A program made the translations under genes and the position numbers. Positions 40,900-54,132 of a stretch of 64,000 bases of DNA are shown in pieces. Below the pieces are notes generated by a model, which was not told where the DNA came from, made no database searches, and worked only from the letters and a program-made list of their open reading frames with translations. The stretch is from positions 87,978,001 through 88,042,000 of the forward strand of contig OX597816.1 of NCBI GenBank assembly GCA_951406725.2, in the 5' to 3' direction. Position 1 is the stretch's first letter. Every line of letters starts with the position of its first letter. This DNA is from Octopus vulgaris (taxonomy: Eukaryota).

Positions 40900-42132
40900 T
40901 GACTACTAATATTTTAAGTTAAAGAGCAAGTAATTTGGCTGATTGAACAACTGAATCTGCATCGTCGAAATTAACGAAGATCCATTTACTTACTGCTTAC
41001 GTAAGAATAGATGGTCAGAAAGATAGATGTCTCTCCATTTCTTTTTTAAATTCTTTGACATCTTCCTTCAAAGAAACGGTGGATTTCTCTCAAAGAAACG
41101 AATGTCTATAACCGGAATTTAGATAACAACACTAGTACAGAATTTATGGATGGCATTTTAGAAGAGTCTTTCACAGTACTGTTGTTCTGCTCGGGAATTA
41201 AATTTTCAGAACGTGCTTTAAATATTCACTTTATTAGCTTTTCTAGATCTCTGGTGAAGCACTTATTATCATAACTAAGTGTGCCAATGATTATCGGTAA
41301 ATGTAAATGGTAATTTGTAATGTGTAAAGAGAAGATGTAGGCTTTGAAGCAGTTGGAAATAAAGATTTTCTTTCAATTCCTATTTCCAATAAAATGTACA
41401 TTTATCTTGAGATCAGTTATACATATGTATAAGCATTTGTTCTCTATTTTACATGTATGTATGTATGTCCATATAAATTATGTACGTGAGTATGTACATA
41501 TGAATGAACGAATTCATGTTTGAATGTAATTTCATCACAGAATTCCTTCCAGCTGGTCACTAGCAAAATCTCAAAACATTTTGTTTTATTCATGATAGTT
41601 TCAGTGATTTGTTTGACTAGTTCTAGATTTATTATGCTTACACTAGATTGTAGTTTTCAATACAATGTTCCATTAATATTCTATACTTTTTGAGATGTAA
41701 TTTTTCAGTTTTGGTGCATTTAGCAAATGAAATTTAACAAGGTACAGTGACTTTAGTATGTTTCAGTGAGGAATAGATTCGAACGCCTTCAGTCACATAG
41801 TCTTAGATTCCAGTGGTGCTGCTTCACTTCCTTAAGGTCAATTTTAGTGATGAAGAAACGTTTGGCACAGCTCAACACCTCTTTCTTCTGTCTTGTTTAC
41901 TCATCAATCACCATATTTCGCAATATTCTAGGGGACACACCTTTAATCAATTGTGTTGTGTTTATACATAGCATATAAGTAATTGACGTTTCTGTAGATT
42001 TTTGGCTACATGCTCAAAGTTGACTGTGCAAATGTCATCCTGTCTGGCACATCAAGTTTTTTTCCCTTGTCTTTTGTTTTAACAAGTTGGCGAAATATTT
42101 TGTATAATGTGAGCTAGCTATACCAATAACTG

Positions 42133-42495
42133 GATTGGAAGCACTCCGTCGGTTACGACGATGAGGGTTCCGGTTGATCCGAATCAACGGAACAGCCTGC
42201 TCGTGAAATTAACGTGTAAGTGGCTGAGCACTCCACAGACACGTGCACCCTTAACGTAGTTCTCGGGGATATTCAGCGGCCCCTTGAAATACAGGTACAA
42301 CAGAAACAGGAAGTAAGAGTGAGAGAAAGTTGTGGTGAAAGAGTACAGCAGGGATCACCACCATCCCCTGCCGGAGCCTCGTGGAGCTTTTAGATGTTTT
42401 CGCTCAATAAACACTCACAACGCCCGGTCTGGGAATCGAAACCGCGATCCTATGACCGCGAGTCCTCTGCCCTAACCACTGGGCCATTGCGCCTC
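42133..42495 (-). mobile_element. SINE family C, full length, perfect 19-bp TSD
   Basis: tRNA-like head gaggcgcaatggcccagtggttaggg...ggtttcgattccc; ctagctataccaataactg at 42114-42132 and 42496-42514. Confidence 0.95.
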
Positions 42496-42588
42496 CTAGC
42501 TATACCAATAACTGACTATCAACTCGCTCTTCAGTATTTTAATGACTCCGACAAGAGTCAATATACGTACTAATGCATTTATTATGTA

Positions 42589-42990
42589 CCTGCAGTATCG
42601 CCCGGCGTTGTTCGGATTTGTTTCGACCTTTTAGAATTAAAATTTTTGAAAAGTAAAATTTTTGAAAAGTAAAACTTTTGCATTATGTAGCTTTATTCTC
42701 TTTAAGTAAACATTTTTTTGGTTGAAATACACCGAACAATGGTGACACAGCAGTCAAAAAATCATAAAAATAGAGAATTTCATTGAAAAAAAGCACCTTT
42801 TTGATGTAAATAATTTTTGGTGTTAACATGGTCCAATTTGAAATTTTTCTTCTACGGAAGGAAGAGCAAGCCTTCTATCATACTCTCAATTTTGGTCAAC
42901 TTGTGCCGCAGGGTCTCGGAGGAGATAGTGTTAGTTGAAGGCTACCAAACCTGCCATACACAGACAACTTCAGCTTTATATATAGAGAGA
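42589..42990 (-). mobile_element. Non-autonomous Helitron
   Basis: Minus strand starts A|TCTCTCTATATATAAAG and ends ccgaacaacgccgggcgatactgcagg|T, sharing its 3' end with 30456-30967. Confidence 0.8.
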
Positions 42991-44239
42991 TGTACCTATA
43001 TATGTAAGTATGAATGTATGTACAGATGGATGGATTGATGGACACATAGATCGATCAATGGATGTATAGTTAATAAACATATTCATTATGATTTAAACAA
43101 TATATAAAAATGACTTCACTATATATAGTTTTAAAATATGAATTTTACCTGCTTTACTGTTAGGCTGTGAAACCTATTCAAAACATGTTAAACGGTGGAG
43201 TGTTTGCACCTTCGACAAATTGTGCATACACTTTGGTGAGACTATGCGAATGTAGAGAAGCTCCTCTTCGATGTAGTTGATCGAGGTAGTAAACTATGTA
43301 GTTCGTATGGAAGATGAATGAATTTCAAAGACGTCTGCTCTACTAAGAATTATGTTCTTTGAAAAGATCCCCTCTCAAACAGAGAATAAGATGCAAAATC
43401 AATTGGTCTGATTTAAGTAAAAGATAATACTGTAGAAAGTTGGGCAAAACGCACTTGGTAGGTCATCAGGGAAACCAAATATGCTGAATATGTCCAAGCA
43501 TTTTGAAGAGATCGCATTAAATATGTAAAACGCAAATTTCATAGATATATCGTTCTTTTAAATGTTGAACTGACTCACGAATTTGTTTTTCTAAAGCAAT
43601 TTTTTTTTACATAAAGCAAACTAACAGTAGCTAAGCACCAAATAAAAGATCATATGTCGACTAATAATTCAACGAAGTTGTTGTCATTCAGTTCTTGGTC
43701 CGAAGAAACGCATATCAGCACACAATTCTAATTGCCATGATTCTGCATTGCATTTAATTGAGAAGAGACATTTATGTGATATTTGAGGTAGAAACTGCAA
43801 ATCACCATCTGGACTAAAACGTAGTTCTCGTTTGACAGCTTATTAACAAGCAGTTATTCCACGCATTAGTATGCCGACTTATATAATGCATGAATACGTA
43901 TATGTAGGTATTTATGTTTGCATGTATGTATGCCTGCCTGTGCAACTCAGATTCTTCCTGTAACGTTATACATATAATTTCTGTGGAATTTTCAGCCTTT
44001 TACAGTGCAATTCAATGACTTCGTAGCTCTCTTGATCGAACACTTGAGACATATTTTACTAAAATCTATATGAGGTCTATTTACTTTATGTATAAAGCAT
44101 ACACACGCACACACAGATTATTGTGAAATTCTAATTCACTCTGACTTAATCATAAATTTCACTCTACTCTCAATATTGAGCTCACCCCACACATCAGTAA
44201 ATGGTCTGTTGTTATTTTAAACCTAGTTTTTAAATAATC

Positions 44240-44420
44240 CTTTCTTCTATAGGAACAAGGCCTGACATTTCGTGAGATGGGAGTATATCATATCGACGCC
44301 AGTGTTCAACTGGTATTTATTCTACCGACCTTGAAATAATGAAAGGCAAAGCTGACCTCGGCAGAATTTGAACTCAGAACGTAAAACCAGAAAAAAAAGG
44401 TAGCTAATCATTTTGTCCGA
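44240..44420 (-). mobile_element. SINE family A, tail-2, diverged
   Basis: gaaaggcaaagctgacctcggcagaatttgaactcagaacg plus tail-2 remnant. Confidence 0.75.
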
Positions 44421-45271
44421 AAAATGCCGATAACATTTATACAAACATGTATACAAACAGACATAAAACCCCATCCCTCGGCGCACGTGTATTTACAAGA
44501 AAAAGGCTGAGAGCGATTTCGAGGTTTAGGATTACTTGCCGTCATCAAACCGTGGATTAGTCCGCTTTTTTACACACCTTATACACAGTTCTATTTGAGA
44601 GTTCAGTACGTGGACGGAGCAACATATATGAAAATAAAGGAGTTTGTAGAGAGAAAGGAGAATGGGTTATACAATAAAGGGTGATAGAAAGGGAAACAAA
44701 GAAAGCGGATGGAGAAGAAAAGAAAATTTTTATGCTTTGAGAAAAAGTGGATTGTGTTAGTGAGAGGAATTGTTTGTATTCAATTATGGTTTGGCTTTAG
44801 TTGAGCATATATATGAAAGAGCGTGCTGCAAATTCGAATTACATCGGAATTCATGAGCGTATTCAGGTCACAATTTGTGTTAGTCGAAGGGTTCGTTTGG
44901 TTTATTAAGAATTTCTTACAGCTTTATTAGTATTAGAGGTCAGAGGTTATCATGCTGCTCTATGCGGGTCAAACAATATTGCTTATAAATTTATAAATAC
45001 CGTGACACTCCGTCAGTTACGACAACGAGGGTTCCAATTGATCCGATCAACAGAACAAAGTAGTTACTACTCTGATCTCTTCTTGATATTTTACAACTAG
45101 CTACTTTGGTTGTATATATATATATATATATACTTACACACATATACAGACACACAAATTACAGAATTTGAACCACACACACACACACACGTGCATAAAC
45201 GCTGGACCGCCATGCTGGACCGCCATGCTGGACCACTGAAATCTACTAATTTTGTCCCCCTCTCTGTCCCT

Positions 45272-45299
45272 CTGTTGAAGAGCATAGGCTCGAAACGTA
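45272..45299 (+). ncRNA. Minimal hammerhead-like motif (PLE pLTR type), variant core
   Basis: CTGTTGA A GAGC atag GCTC GAAA CGTA. Confidence 0.45.
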
Positions 45300-45819
45300 A
45301 AAAACACTTTTTCATTTTTCCCGAGCATCAAACTAATACACTTGCTTGTTGTTCATATATATATATATATATATATATATCCAGAATCAATTTCCAAAGA
45401 ATTCAAATATAAAAATACCAAGAGTCCAAGGGACGTTCATATTGAATATTTTTAGTTTGACACTGGAAGAAAAAAAGTTACAAAGTGAAAGTTAAGAGGT
45501 AAAATATGACGTTTCAGACATAGGCATTCGTAAAATATATGAATAAAAGTTCAGGGAAAAGAAGAAAGGAAGAGGAGAAAGAGATAGGGAAAGATAGCCA
45601 GTGTGTAATTTACATGTTCGATCACGCACTCATATGCACGCACACAACCCCACACGCCGACACGGACATCACACACACACACACACATCTATGTAAGCAG
45701 TTGTACATGCATATAAAAATATATGACTATATATACGTTTACTGCAAAAATCATCCATATATGTAGATATACATATATAAATACATATACATACAACTAT
45801 ATGCTCAAATCCCCACACA

Positions 45820-45861
<42 letters not shown>

Positions 45862-45864
<3 letters not shown>

Positions 45865-46785
45865 GGTGTGTCCGTGGTTTTGATGATACCTCTTTCAAAA
45901 ACACTCACTTTCTCATAACTTCGTTTTTTTTACCTTACTTTCCAGATAAATGTCAGACATCAAACTGACAAGTTAAAAGGCACGCTGTAACCATTGCCTT
46001 AAAACGGAGCATAGTAATACAGAGATAGCTCACTTACTGAAAGTTTCCCGATCCTCCGTTGTCAAAGTTCGAAAAGAATTGGAAACTGCTGGTGGGGATC
46101 AAACATCAGCAGCTAAAACCGCCAGAAAACAAACGAGAAATAAGCATTAAAAACCCCGAAAGTCAATCAGAGCATTTGCAAAGGATCCCAAGGTTTCAGA
46201 ATGCACCATCAGAAGATTTGTGCATGAGGACATCCGGTACAAGTCGTATATGATTTGGAAGAAGGTCAATTTATGTCGGATGTGACACGAGAGAATCGGG
46301 CGATCCGTGCAAAACTCTTGATAAACAGGTTAAAACACCAAGAGATTAGAAGGCTTTGGTTATTCTTCAATGAGAGAAACCTCGACCATGAGGTAGACAA
46401 AAGAACGACAGATAGTTATGTAGCTATGCAGTGACCCGAATGTAATTCCGAGCGTCATGCATACAAGTTCCCAATAACTAGTGGTCCTGATAGTCCTCGC
46501 CAACGAGTGAGATGACATACCTTCTCAATTTATTTTCACATGAATACATGAATAAGGGTCAATGCCGCTGTCTACACAAAGATGTTGTTGAAAGTTCTGA
46601 GGCCCTAATAATCAGAGTACGCAACGGAAGAGCGTACGTCTTTGAACAAGACTCTGCGCCGTCTCATAAGGCTAGGACGATCCAAGCGAGGATGCATACC
46701 AATCTCTATGATTATTTCTTCCCAGATACGTGGTTTTCTAGCTCACCGGACCTCAATCCACTGGACAATTACGTACGAGCGCATT

Positions 46786-46876
<91 letters not shown>

Positions 46877-47340
46877 TGAAGGAGGGAGAGCTCAATTAAT
46901 ACCCTTATGACACCATACAATTTCTCAAGTCTGACATAACCAGCTCAGTCTAAAATTGATAAAGATCATCTGATTCAGGCATGTCAATGCTTTCGATCCC
47001 GTATTGAAGCATCCATGGATGTTAACTCTAGATTCGTTGAATAAGTGTGATAAAAGGATTTTAAAGATTATTCACACACGAACGATTATATATATATATG
47101 TGTGTGCGTGTGTGTGTGTGTGTGTATGCATGTACGTATATGTAAAATATGCATGTATGTATACAGTCATATAGATGTATACACATACGTACTCATACAT
47201 GCATCTTTACATATACATTAGTAAAGATATAATAACTTCACTATGTAAAGATTATTCGTTTTCAAATACAGCTTTTCTCTGAGGAGGTTTCCTCTTTTTC
47301 TAAATTCATACAAATCACCTAAAAAAACTGACGCAACCTG
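45862..47340 (+). mobile_element. Decayed maT-like (DD37D) Tc1/mariner transposon
   Basis: TA|cagggtgtgtccgtggtttt left end and degenerate right end aaaaactgacgcaacctg; FEQDSAPSH...SPDLNPLD with 37 residues between the aspartates; frameshifts. Confidence 0.8.
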
Positions 47341-47536
47341 AATATGTGTGTGTGTGCGCGTGTGTACACATGCACACCTGTTCACCCTTAAAAAGTCCAA
47401 CAGATATAGCATACATAAATGTTGCCGCAGCATGTACATACACATGTTTTTCTTCATTGTTTCTGCTTCTAGGTACCAACACTTGCGTATACAAATGTAT
47501 GTGTCTATCTGTGTATAAATCATCAAATCACGAACG

Positions 47537-47579
<43 letters not shown>

Positions 47580-47704
47580 ATGCATGTACGTATATGTAAA
47601 ATATGCATGTATATATACAGTCATATAGATGTATACACATACGTACTCATACATGTATCTTTACATATACATTAGTAAAGATATAACAACTTCACTATGT
47701 AAAA

Positions 47705-47761
<57 letters not shown>

Positions 47762-47763
47762 GC

Positions 47764-47801
<38 letters not shown>

Positions 47802-48426
47802 GTTCAAAACCATATGTTAGCAGTACTTTAATTTAGGGTGTATATATAATTTTCAGAGGTTAGTACCTGTTCACGATCGAAATATTATTAGTCGTTTTTC
47901 TACGAGAAACTGTCACTTAACGTCCCTGTTGATATGAACATTTTCTGATTTCAATTATTATTTGATATTTTCCTGCAGGATACTGATGTCATATAGCTGA
48001 ACTTTCACAACAAATCTATAAAGTGCTGGTCTCTTGCTAATTCTCCAAAGTATTTTTCTTTTTCAATTTTTCTGCATGTGATATATCATAATTATTTAAG
48101 AGAATTGCTGGCGTTCCAGTCTCAATATCTTATAGTGCTTAATAAAAGATTCAGCTTAATTCTGAATTCAAGATTTGTATTCTATTTTCTTATTTCTAAA
48201 CCCATTTCAATGGGGTTGACTTGGAATTTTAACTTACCACAGGCAATAAAATAAATACTTGATACGTTCTGAGTTTAAATCGAACAGTTCTTTCGACTTT
48301 GTGGCAGTGTTAGCATGAATGAGTACCAGCTGCATCTTGGGATTCCCCTGGCCTTTCACCTTTTCAAAGTCGATAACATAAATACCAGTCAAACACTGGG
48401 TCGATGTAATTGACTAATAGAAAGGG

Positions 48427-48488
<62 letters not shown>

Positions 48489-48537
48489 CTTCTTCTTCTT
48501 CTTCTTCTTCTTCTTCTTCTTCTTCTTCTTCTTCTTC
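48427..48537. repeat. (TTG)n(TTC)n compound microsatellite
   Basis: Direct inspection. Confidence 0.95.
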
Positions 48538-48582
48538 ATAGCTGGTAGTAAATCTTTTCGTTTGTTAATATGGTCAAAAGTT

Positions 48583-49140
48583 AAGGCGGTGAGCTGGCAG
48601 AAACGTTAGCACGCCGGACGAAACGCATAGCGGTATTTCGTCTGGCGTTACGTTCTGAGTTCAAATTCGGCCGTGGTCGACTTTGCCTTTCATCCTTTCG
48701 GGGTCGATAAATTAAGCACCAGTTACGCACTGGGGTCGATGTAATCGATTTAATACCTCTGTCTGTCCTTATTTGTCCCCTCTATGGGTAATAAAGAAAT
48801 AGGTATTTCGTCTACCGTTACGTTCTGAGTTCAAATTCTGCCGAGGTCGACTTTGCCTTTCATCCTTTCGGGGTCGATACATTAAGTACCAGTTACGTAC
48901 TGGAGTTGATATTATCGAGTTAATCCGTTTGTCTGTCCTCTCTGTGTTTAGCCCCTTGTGGGTAGTAAAGAAATAGGTATTTCGACTGCCGCTGCGTTCT
49001 GAGTTCAAATTCTGCCGAGGTAGACTTTACCTTTTATCCTTTCCGGGTCCATAAATTAAGTACCAGTTACGTACTGGGGTCAATCTAATCGACTGGCCCC
49101 CTTCCCCAAAATTTCGGGCCTTGTGCCTAGAGTAGAAAAG
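48583..49140 (+). mobile_element. SINE family A trimer (tail-1, tail-1, tail-2) within one 16-bp TSD
   Basis: Units restart at ggtatttcg (48802, 48976); TSD aatatgKtcaaaagtt at 48567-48582 and 49141-49156. Confidence 0.92.
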
Positions 49141-50509
49141 AATATGTTCAAAAGTTGTTAATTGTTAAAATTTGATTATATAACATTTGTTAAGCCCACC
49201 AGAATACGGGGGCTAATTGGGATTTTTTCCCTTTCAACTGTAGATCGATCGGTAGAAATAACTTTGAAGATATATAGACTCTTCTCAACAACACTTAGAG
49301 TAAAAGATGTTTTATATGACACATTTGACCAGTGTCCGAAATATGAAAGTGTTTGGTTACAAAAAATTAATTTCTCGATCTGCTGTTGAAAGGCTTGATT
49401 TTGATTCTCGCACATTTTGGGGCTGAAATTTGTTAAAAGATTCTCAAACTTTGTTTGAGAAAGCTATTTTTTACAAATATGATGTTGGCTACTAGAGTCG
49501 TCTAACTGAAAAGATATGTAGGAGTTGACTCGTAAAAACAAGTGCAACAGGTGTCAAGGGTCATCGCTTTCACTTGCACATGGAAGAGAAGGCGTGCGCT
49601 TTTCAAGTGTTGAAAGCTTGAAGTCCAAATAATTGCACCACTGCTACTGCGGCAAAACACAGCAAGTAGTAGTAAGAAGAACAAGAACAACAACAGCAAC
49701 AACAACAACGGTATGCAACAAAAAGTAGCAATAGAAACTGCTAGAATAAAGAACAAGAATAACAGCACTTGTACTAATATCAACAATAGCAAAAACTACA
49801 ATAATTGCAGCGCAGACTGTTCAGTAGTAACACCATCATCATCAACAAAAAATTCGTAAAAAGTAGCAACTGAGGTGGCGGGAAAATAATGACTGCAACA
49901 AAATAAGCACCACCTTGTGGATATCTCGATCTAGCACTCACTCTTCACCTGCCGCTACTTCTCCCCGCCTTATGCATGTACAAACACAGACGTACATACA
50001 AAAAAGAAAGGGGAAAAAAAAACAATCAAACAAACAAAACAAAAAACAAGGAAAAATATGCAACTGGTCCCCAGCCGAGTTGGAGTCTTTAGATTATACT
50101 TCAAGTAAGATGCGGTGATGGCAAAAAAAGCCAAATACTGAGAAAAAAATATCTTAAGGGAAAAAGCAAAACACAAAATAAAACCAATTCCACTCCGACC
50201 CTAAACAACGCTACAAATACACCACTTGCAACAAAAGGAAAACATTCAATCGACTAAACCTCTCCTTAGGCACTGTGATAAATTTTAACCCATTATTTAC
50301 ACAGATGGCGAGGTGTTAGAGCGTACAACGAAATGGTTTGCGCCATTTCTTCGAAATTTTTATATTCCGAGTTCAAATTCCACCAAGGTCGATTTTGCCT
50401 TTCATCCATTCGGGGTCGAAGAAGTAAGTATAAGTTGAGTACTGGCGTCGATGTAATCAACTATCCACCCCACTAAAAAAGTACCGTGGTTGTGCCAGTA
50501 GCAGGTAGG

Positions 50510-50570
<61 letters not shown>

Positions 50571-51139
50571 GTAGTAGTAGTAGTAGTAGTGGTGGTGATG
50601 GTGGTGGTGGTGGTTGTGGTGGTAGTAATAGTAACAATATTAGGAATAACAAAACCGAGTAGCATAGGCAGTGTCAGCAATATTAGCTGTAATAGAAACT
50701 TCAGCGTAAGTTTGGTGACCTTTAACACCTGTGTTGTTTATCTTTTCATTTATCTACTCGGTGTTGCCAATTTAGCATAGGGTCATAACCAACACATAAT
50801 CTTCCAGCTCCATACGTCATTCTCAAGAATTGAATTAATATAATGCCCAAGAAAATACACTCCTTCTATCCCGTTCCCTCTCTTAAACTCCCTTTTATAT
50901 ACTTTCTGCTTCTGCAATCCTCTCCCTTACCTAGGCAATTCCTGCTTTCCCCAGTTTTTTTTTTCATCTAGTAATCTTTATTCATTTATTTTTCATTTAT
51001 TTTTCACTTATTTTTTTCCCATTGATTTTCATTGCATTGTTCCCCTTTCATTTTGAATATCATATATTTATTTTATCTAGTTTCAGCTCACGAGCTGTGG
51101 CCATACTGGGGCACCACCATATATATATATACATATATA

Positions 51140-51162
<23 letters not shown>

Positions 51163-51171
<9 letters not shown>

Positions 51172-51858
51172 ATATAGGATGAAGCTTTTTTACAGAAAAA
51201 AATTCATCAGAAAATGTGGCAGCATATTAAAATACCTTTAAGGTTAAAACTATAAACAACTTATAAACAAGGTCTAAAGAAAATTATTTCAATGCTAATA
51301 TGCTGATAACAGACTTTTAAATCGTCAATTTCCACATATTATTTACTCGCTACAGAAAACACGTAGAGCTGAAATCGAGGAAAGCTGGCCAAAATATTTT
51401 TTTTTAAAGAGTTCGTTATTTCTATATTGAATCAATTTCGGAATTAATCTCATAATAGATTTTTTCCTCTTCAATAGAAAATACAAAAAGACATAAATGA
51501 AATACTTATAAGCGCCCATGGAAAAAAGCCGAAGCAAAAATCATGAGTACATATAAGTACCCCAGATATATCTAAATATAAAATCCTTCGGTCAGCCTCA
51601 GCACACGTGTGAACTGTTCCCCACTACAGCTTATTGTGGTTACCAGTCCCTATAGCGAATAGTAATAAGTCTACTACTAATATAGGTTGAAGCTTTTTTA
51701 CAGAAAAAAATTTCATCAGAAAATGTGGCAGCATATTAAAATACCTTTAAGGTTAAAATTATAAACAACTTATAAACAAGGGATAAAAAAAATTATTTCA
51801 ATGTCAATATGCTCATAACAGACTTTTAAATCGTCAATTTCCTCATATTATTTACTCG
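51163..51858. repeat. ~187-bp direct repeat pair (51163-51349, 51671-51858), period 508
   Basis: ctactactaatatagg...tattatttactcg occurs twice with few differences. Confidence 0.9.
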
Positions 51859-51865
51859 ACTTTTT

Positions 51866-52285
51866 TTGCTTGTCAGTTGTTTGACCTTAACCAGTTGAGC
51901 ATGTCCCTTAGTAGCTGACTATATGTGCATCTCTGATCACAAGCAGAAGTAGGGTGGGGAGCATCATAGCCGTGTGTTGAAAGGAATTATTAGAGTTTTG
52001 AATAATTAACTTTTGGAAAAATGGGTAGTTTGTTCAACATCCTTAAACAAACCTTATTCAGGGACCTTTTGAGCGGGATGGGTTACTCGACCCGAAGAAA
52101 ATTCTAACTGGGCCCCACCTGCAAGGTCATACGCTGCTTATCTTGATATGAGATCGCCATGTCACGCACATATGGTTGCGATGCATGTGCCTGGTGTACT
52201 CTTTTCAGACGGGTAGTCGTGGTGGGTATACTGGGCTTCGTATATTTTACCCCAGTGTCACTTTGATGTCACTGATCTCTCACTC
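51866..52285 (+). mobile_element. Retroposon family D, second copy
   Basis: Homologous to 37736-38105, with (AAT)n tail. Confidence 0.75.
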
Positions 52286-52309
52286 AATAATAATAATAAT
52301 AATAATAAT

Positions 52310-52511
52310 TCTTTCTAATATAGGCACAAGGCCTGGAATTTGTGGGAAGGGAGATAGTCGATTACATCGATCCCAATACTTGACTGATTCTAATTTTAGG
52401 ATGAAAGGCAAAGTCGACCACGGCGGAATTTGAACTCAGAACGTAGCGACGTTCGAAGTAGCGCTAAGCGTTTCGTCCAGCATACTAACGATTCTGCCAG
52501 CTCACCGCCTT
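52310..52511 (-). mobile_element. SINE family A, tail-2, within (AAT)n
   Basis: Consensus match on the minus strand. Confidence 0.9.
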
Positions 52512-52515
52512 AATG

Positions 52516-52558
<43 letters not shown>

Positions 52559-52576
52559 TAATAATAATAATAATAA

Positions 52577-53120
52577 TGCCAACATTATGGAATAACAATA
52601 GAAAAAAGATGGTATAGGCACACACCAGAAAAGGTCACAGAAAACGAGAAAGCAACCATACTCTGGGATATGCCGATACACACAGATAGAGAGATTAAGG
52701 CCAACAGACCAGATATAGTTGTCAGAGATCATGAAGAAAAAAAATGCTTTCTAATTGATGTATCAATACCGGCAGATGACAACGTGTCTATAAAATAAAT
52801 GGAGAAACTCTCAAAATACAAAGACCTGGAAATAGAGGTAACTAGAATGTGGAATCTGAAAACAGAAACAATTCCTATCATAGTAGGTGCATTAGGCATG
52901 ATAAAAACATATTCAGACAAATACATAACAAAAACACCAGGACTTACAAACACATATAACATACAGAAAATTGCACTACTAGGCACTGCACACATCCTAC
53001 GCAGAACGCTTTCCATACAATAACCATCAGAGCATCACAACAAATCACAGCACATACCCAAGGCACACAGAGCTGCGCTCGGTATTGAAGTGAAAGCACG
53101 CTATAAAAATAAAACTACTG
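52577..53120 (+). mobile_element. 5'-truncated RLE LINE (R4/Dong-like), endonuclease domain + 3' UTR
   Basis: ILWDMPIHTDREIKANRPDIVV...LIDVSIP...EKLSKYKDL...IPIIVGALG (PD..D..K..KY); one stop; (AAT)n on both sides. Confidence 0.92.
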
Positions 53121-53132
53121 AATAATAATAAC

Positions 53133-53592
53133 ATGATCGACATGAGCATCCCCTGTGATCATAATATCTCAGCGAAAGAGTTTGACAAGCTCAGAAAATA
53201 TAAAGACCTACTCATTGAAATTGAGAAAATGTGGCATCTCAAGGCGGTTACAATACCAGTGATCGTAGGAGCACTAGGAATGATCAAGAAGGGAACCGAA
53301 AATTATATGAGAATGATCCCTGGCTTACCATCCCTGCAAGAAGTGCAAAAGATTGTCTTAACTGGTACATCACACGTATTGAGAAGAACATTGTCGATGT
53401 GAGAACTGTTGCTGCTCATGTATTTTAATTTAACTTAAAAAAAATTTAAAAAAAAATTAACGAACTATTGAGTTTAATGGCCTACCAATGGTTTAATGGC
53501 CTACCAATGTATACTATGAGTTTCTTTGCCCTAGGAGTCGGGAAGACACTTGGCAAGAAATGGAAGCAAATTTAAAAGAAGAAAAAAAAAGC
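53133..53592 (+). mobile_element. Second, different 5'-truncated RLE LINE (R4/Dong-like)
   Basis: IDMSIPCDHNISAKEFDKLRKYKDL...IPVIVGALG...QKIVLTGT; distinct 3' UTR; (AAT)n flanks. Confidence 0.9.
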
Positions 53593-54132
53593 AATAATAA
53601 TAATAATAATAATAATGATAATAATAATAAATTAACAAATAAATAAATAAATATAATAAAGATTTGGTTTCGTGCCCATATTAGCAATCATTAGTTTTAT
53701 TATTTATTCTGAGATATTCGTTATTTGTTATTATCGTTAGTATTTTGCCTGCTTTGGATATGACATCTTAGCGACTATATAATTACTTGTAGTTTTCAAA
53801 GAGATCGTGTCATTTTATTTTTAATTAGGAAAAAAATATAAATAACAGCAGAGCATTAACAGCTTCTTTAAAGGTAAAAAAAGATGACCTGAATAAAGAA
53901 TTGCAAAGGTGCTGAGAAATTTTCTGACAAGTATGTTTGTAACGTCTGTGTTTGTCTTAACAAATGATTTTAACTTGACACGTAAGATAAAGTTATAGCC
54001 GTTCGGAATGTCACATTTATGACAGATGTCAACCATTGGCTGATGGTATGAAATATTGCCAATGATCCATCCATCCATGCATATACATACATATATATAT
54101 TGATGTGTGTATGTACGCGCGTACAAATAATT

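Noticed and set aside
42420-42495. tRNA gene
   Set aside because: tRNA-like head of a TSD-flanked SINE; no proper acceptor stem.
41760-43300. Exon-like stretches at 41768-41837 and 43163-43286
   Set aside because: Short, stops in most frames, no recognisable domain.
49500-50130. Cluster of E-box/Nkx-like words suggesting an enhancer
   Set aside because: Short motifs are expected by chance; no conservation data available.
53470-53510. Short tandem duplications (also near 12220, 21818, 42640, 45200)
   Set aside because: Ordinary 12-20-bp slippage events.
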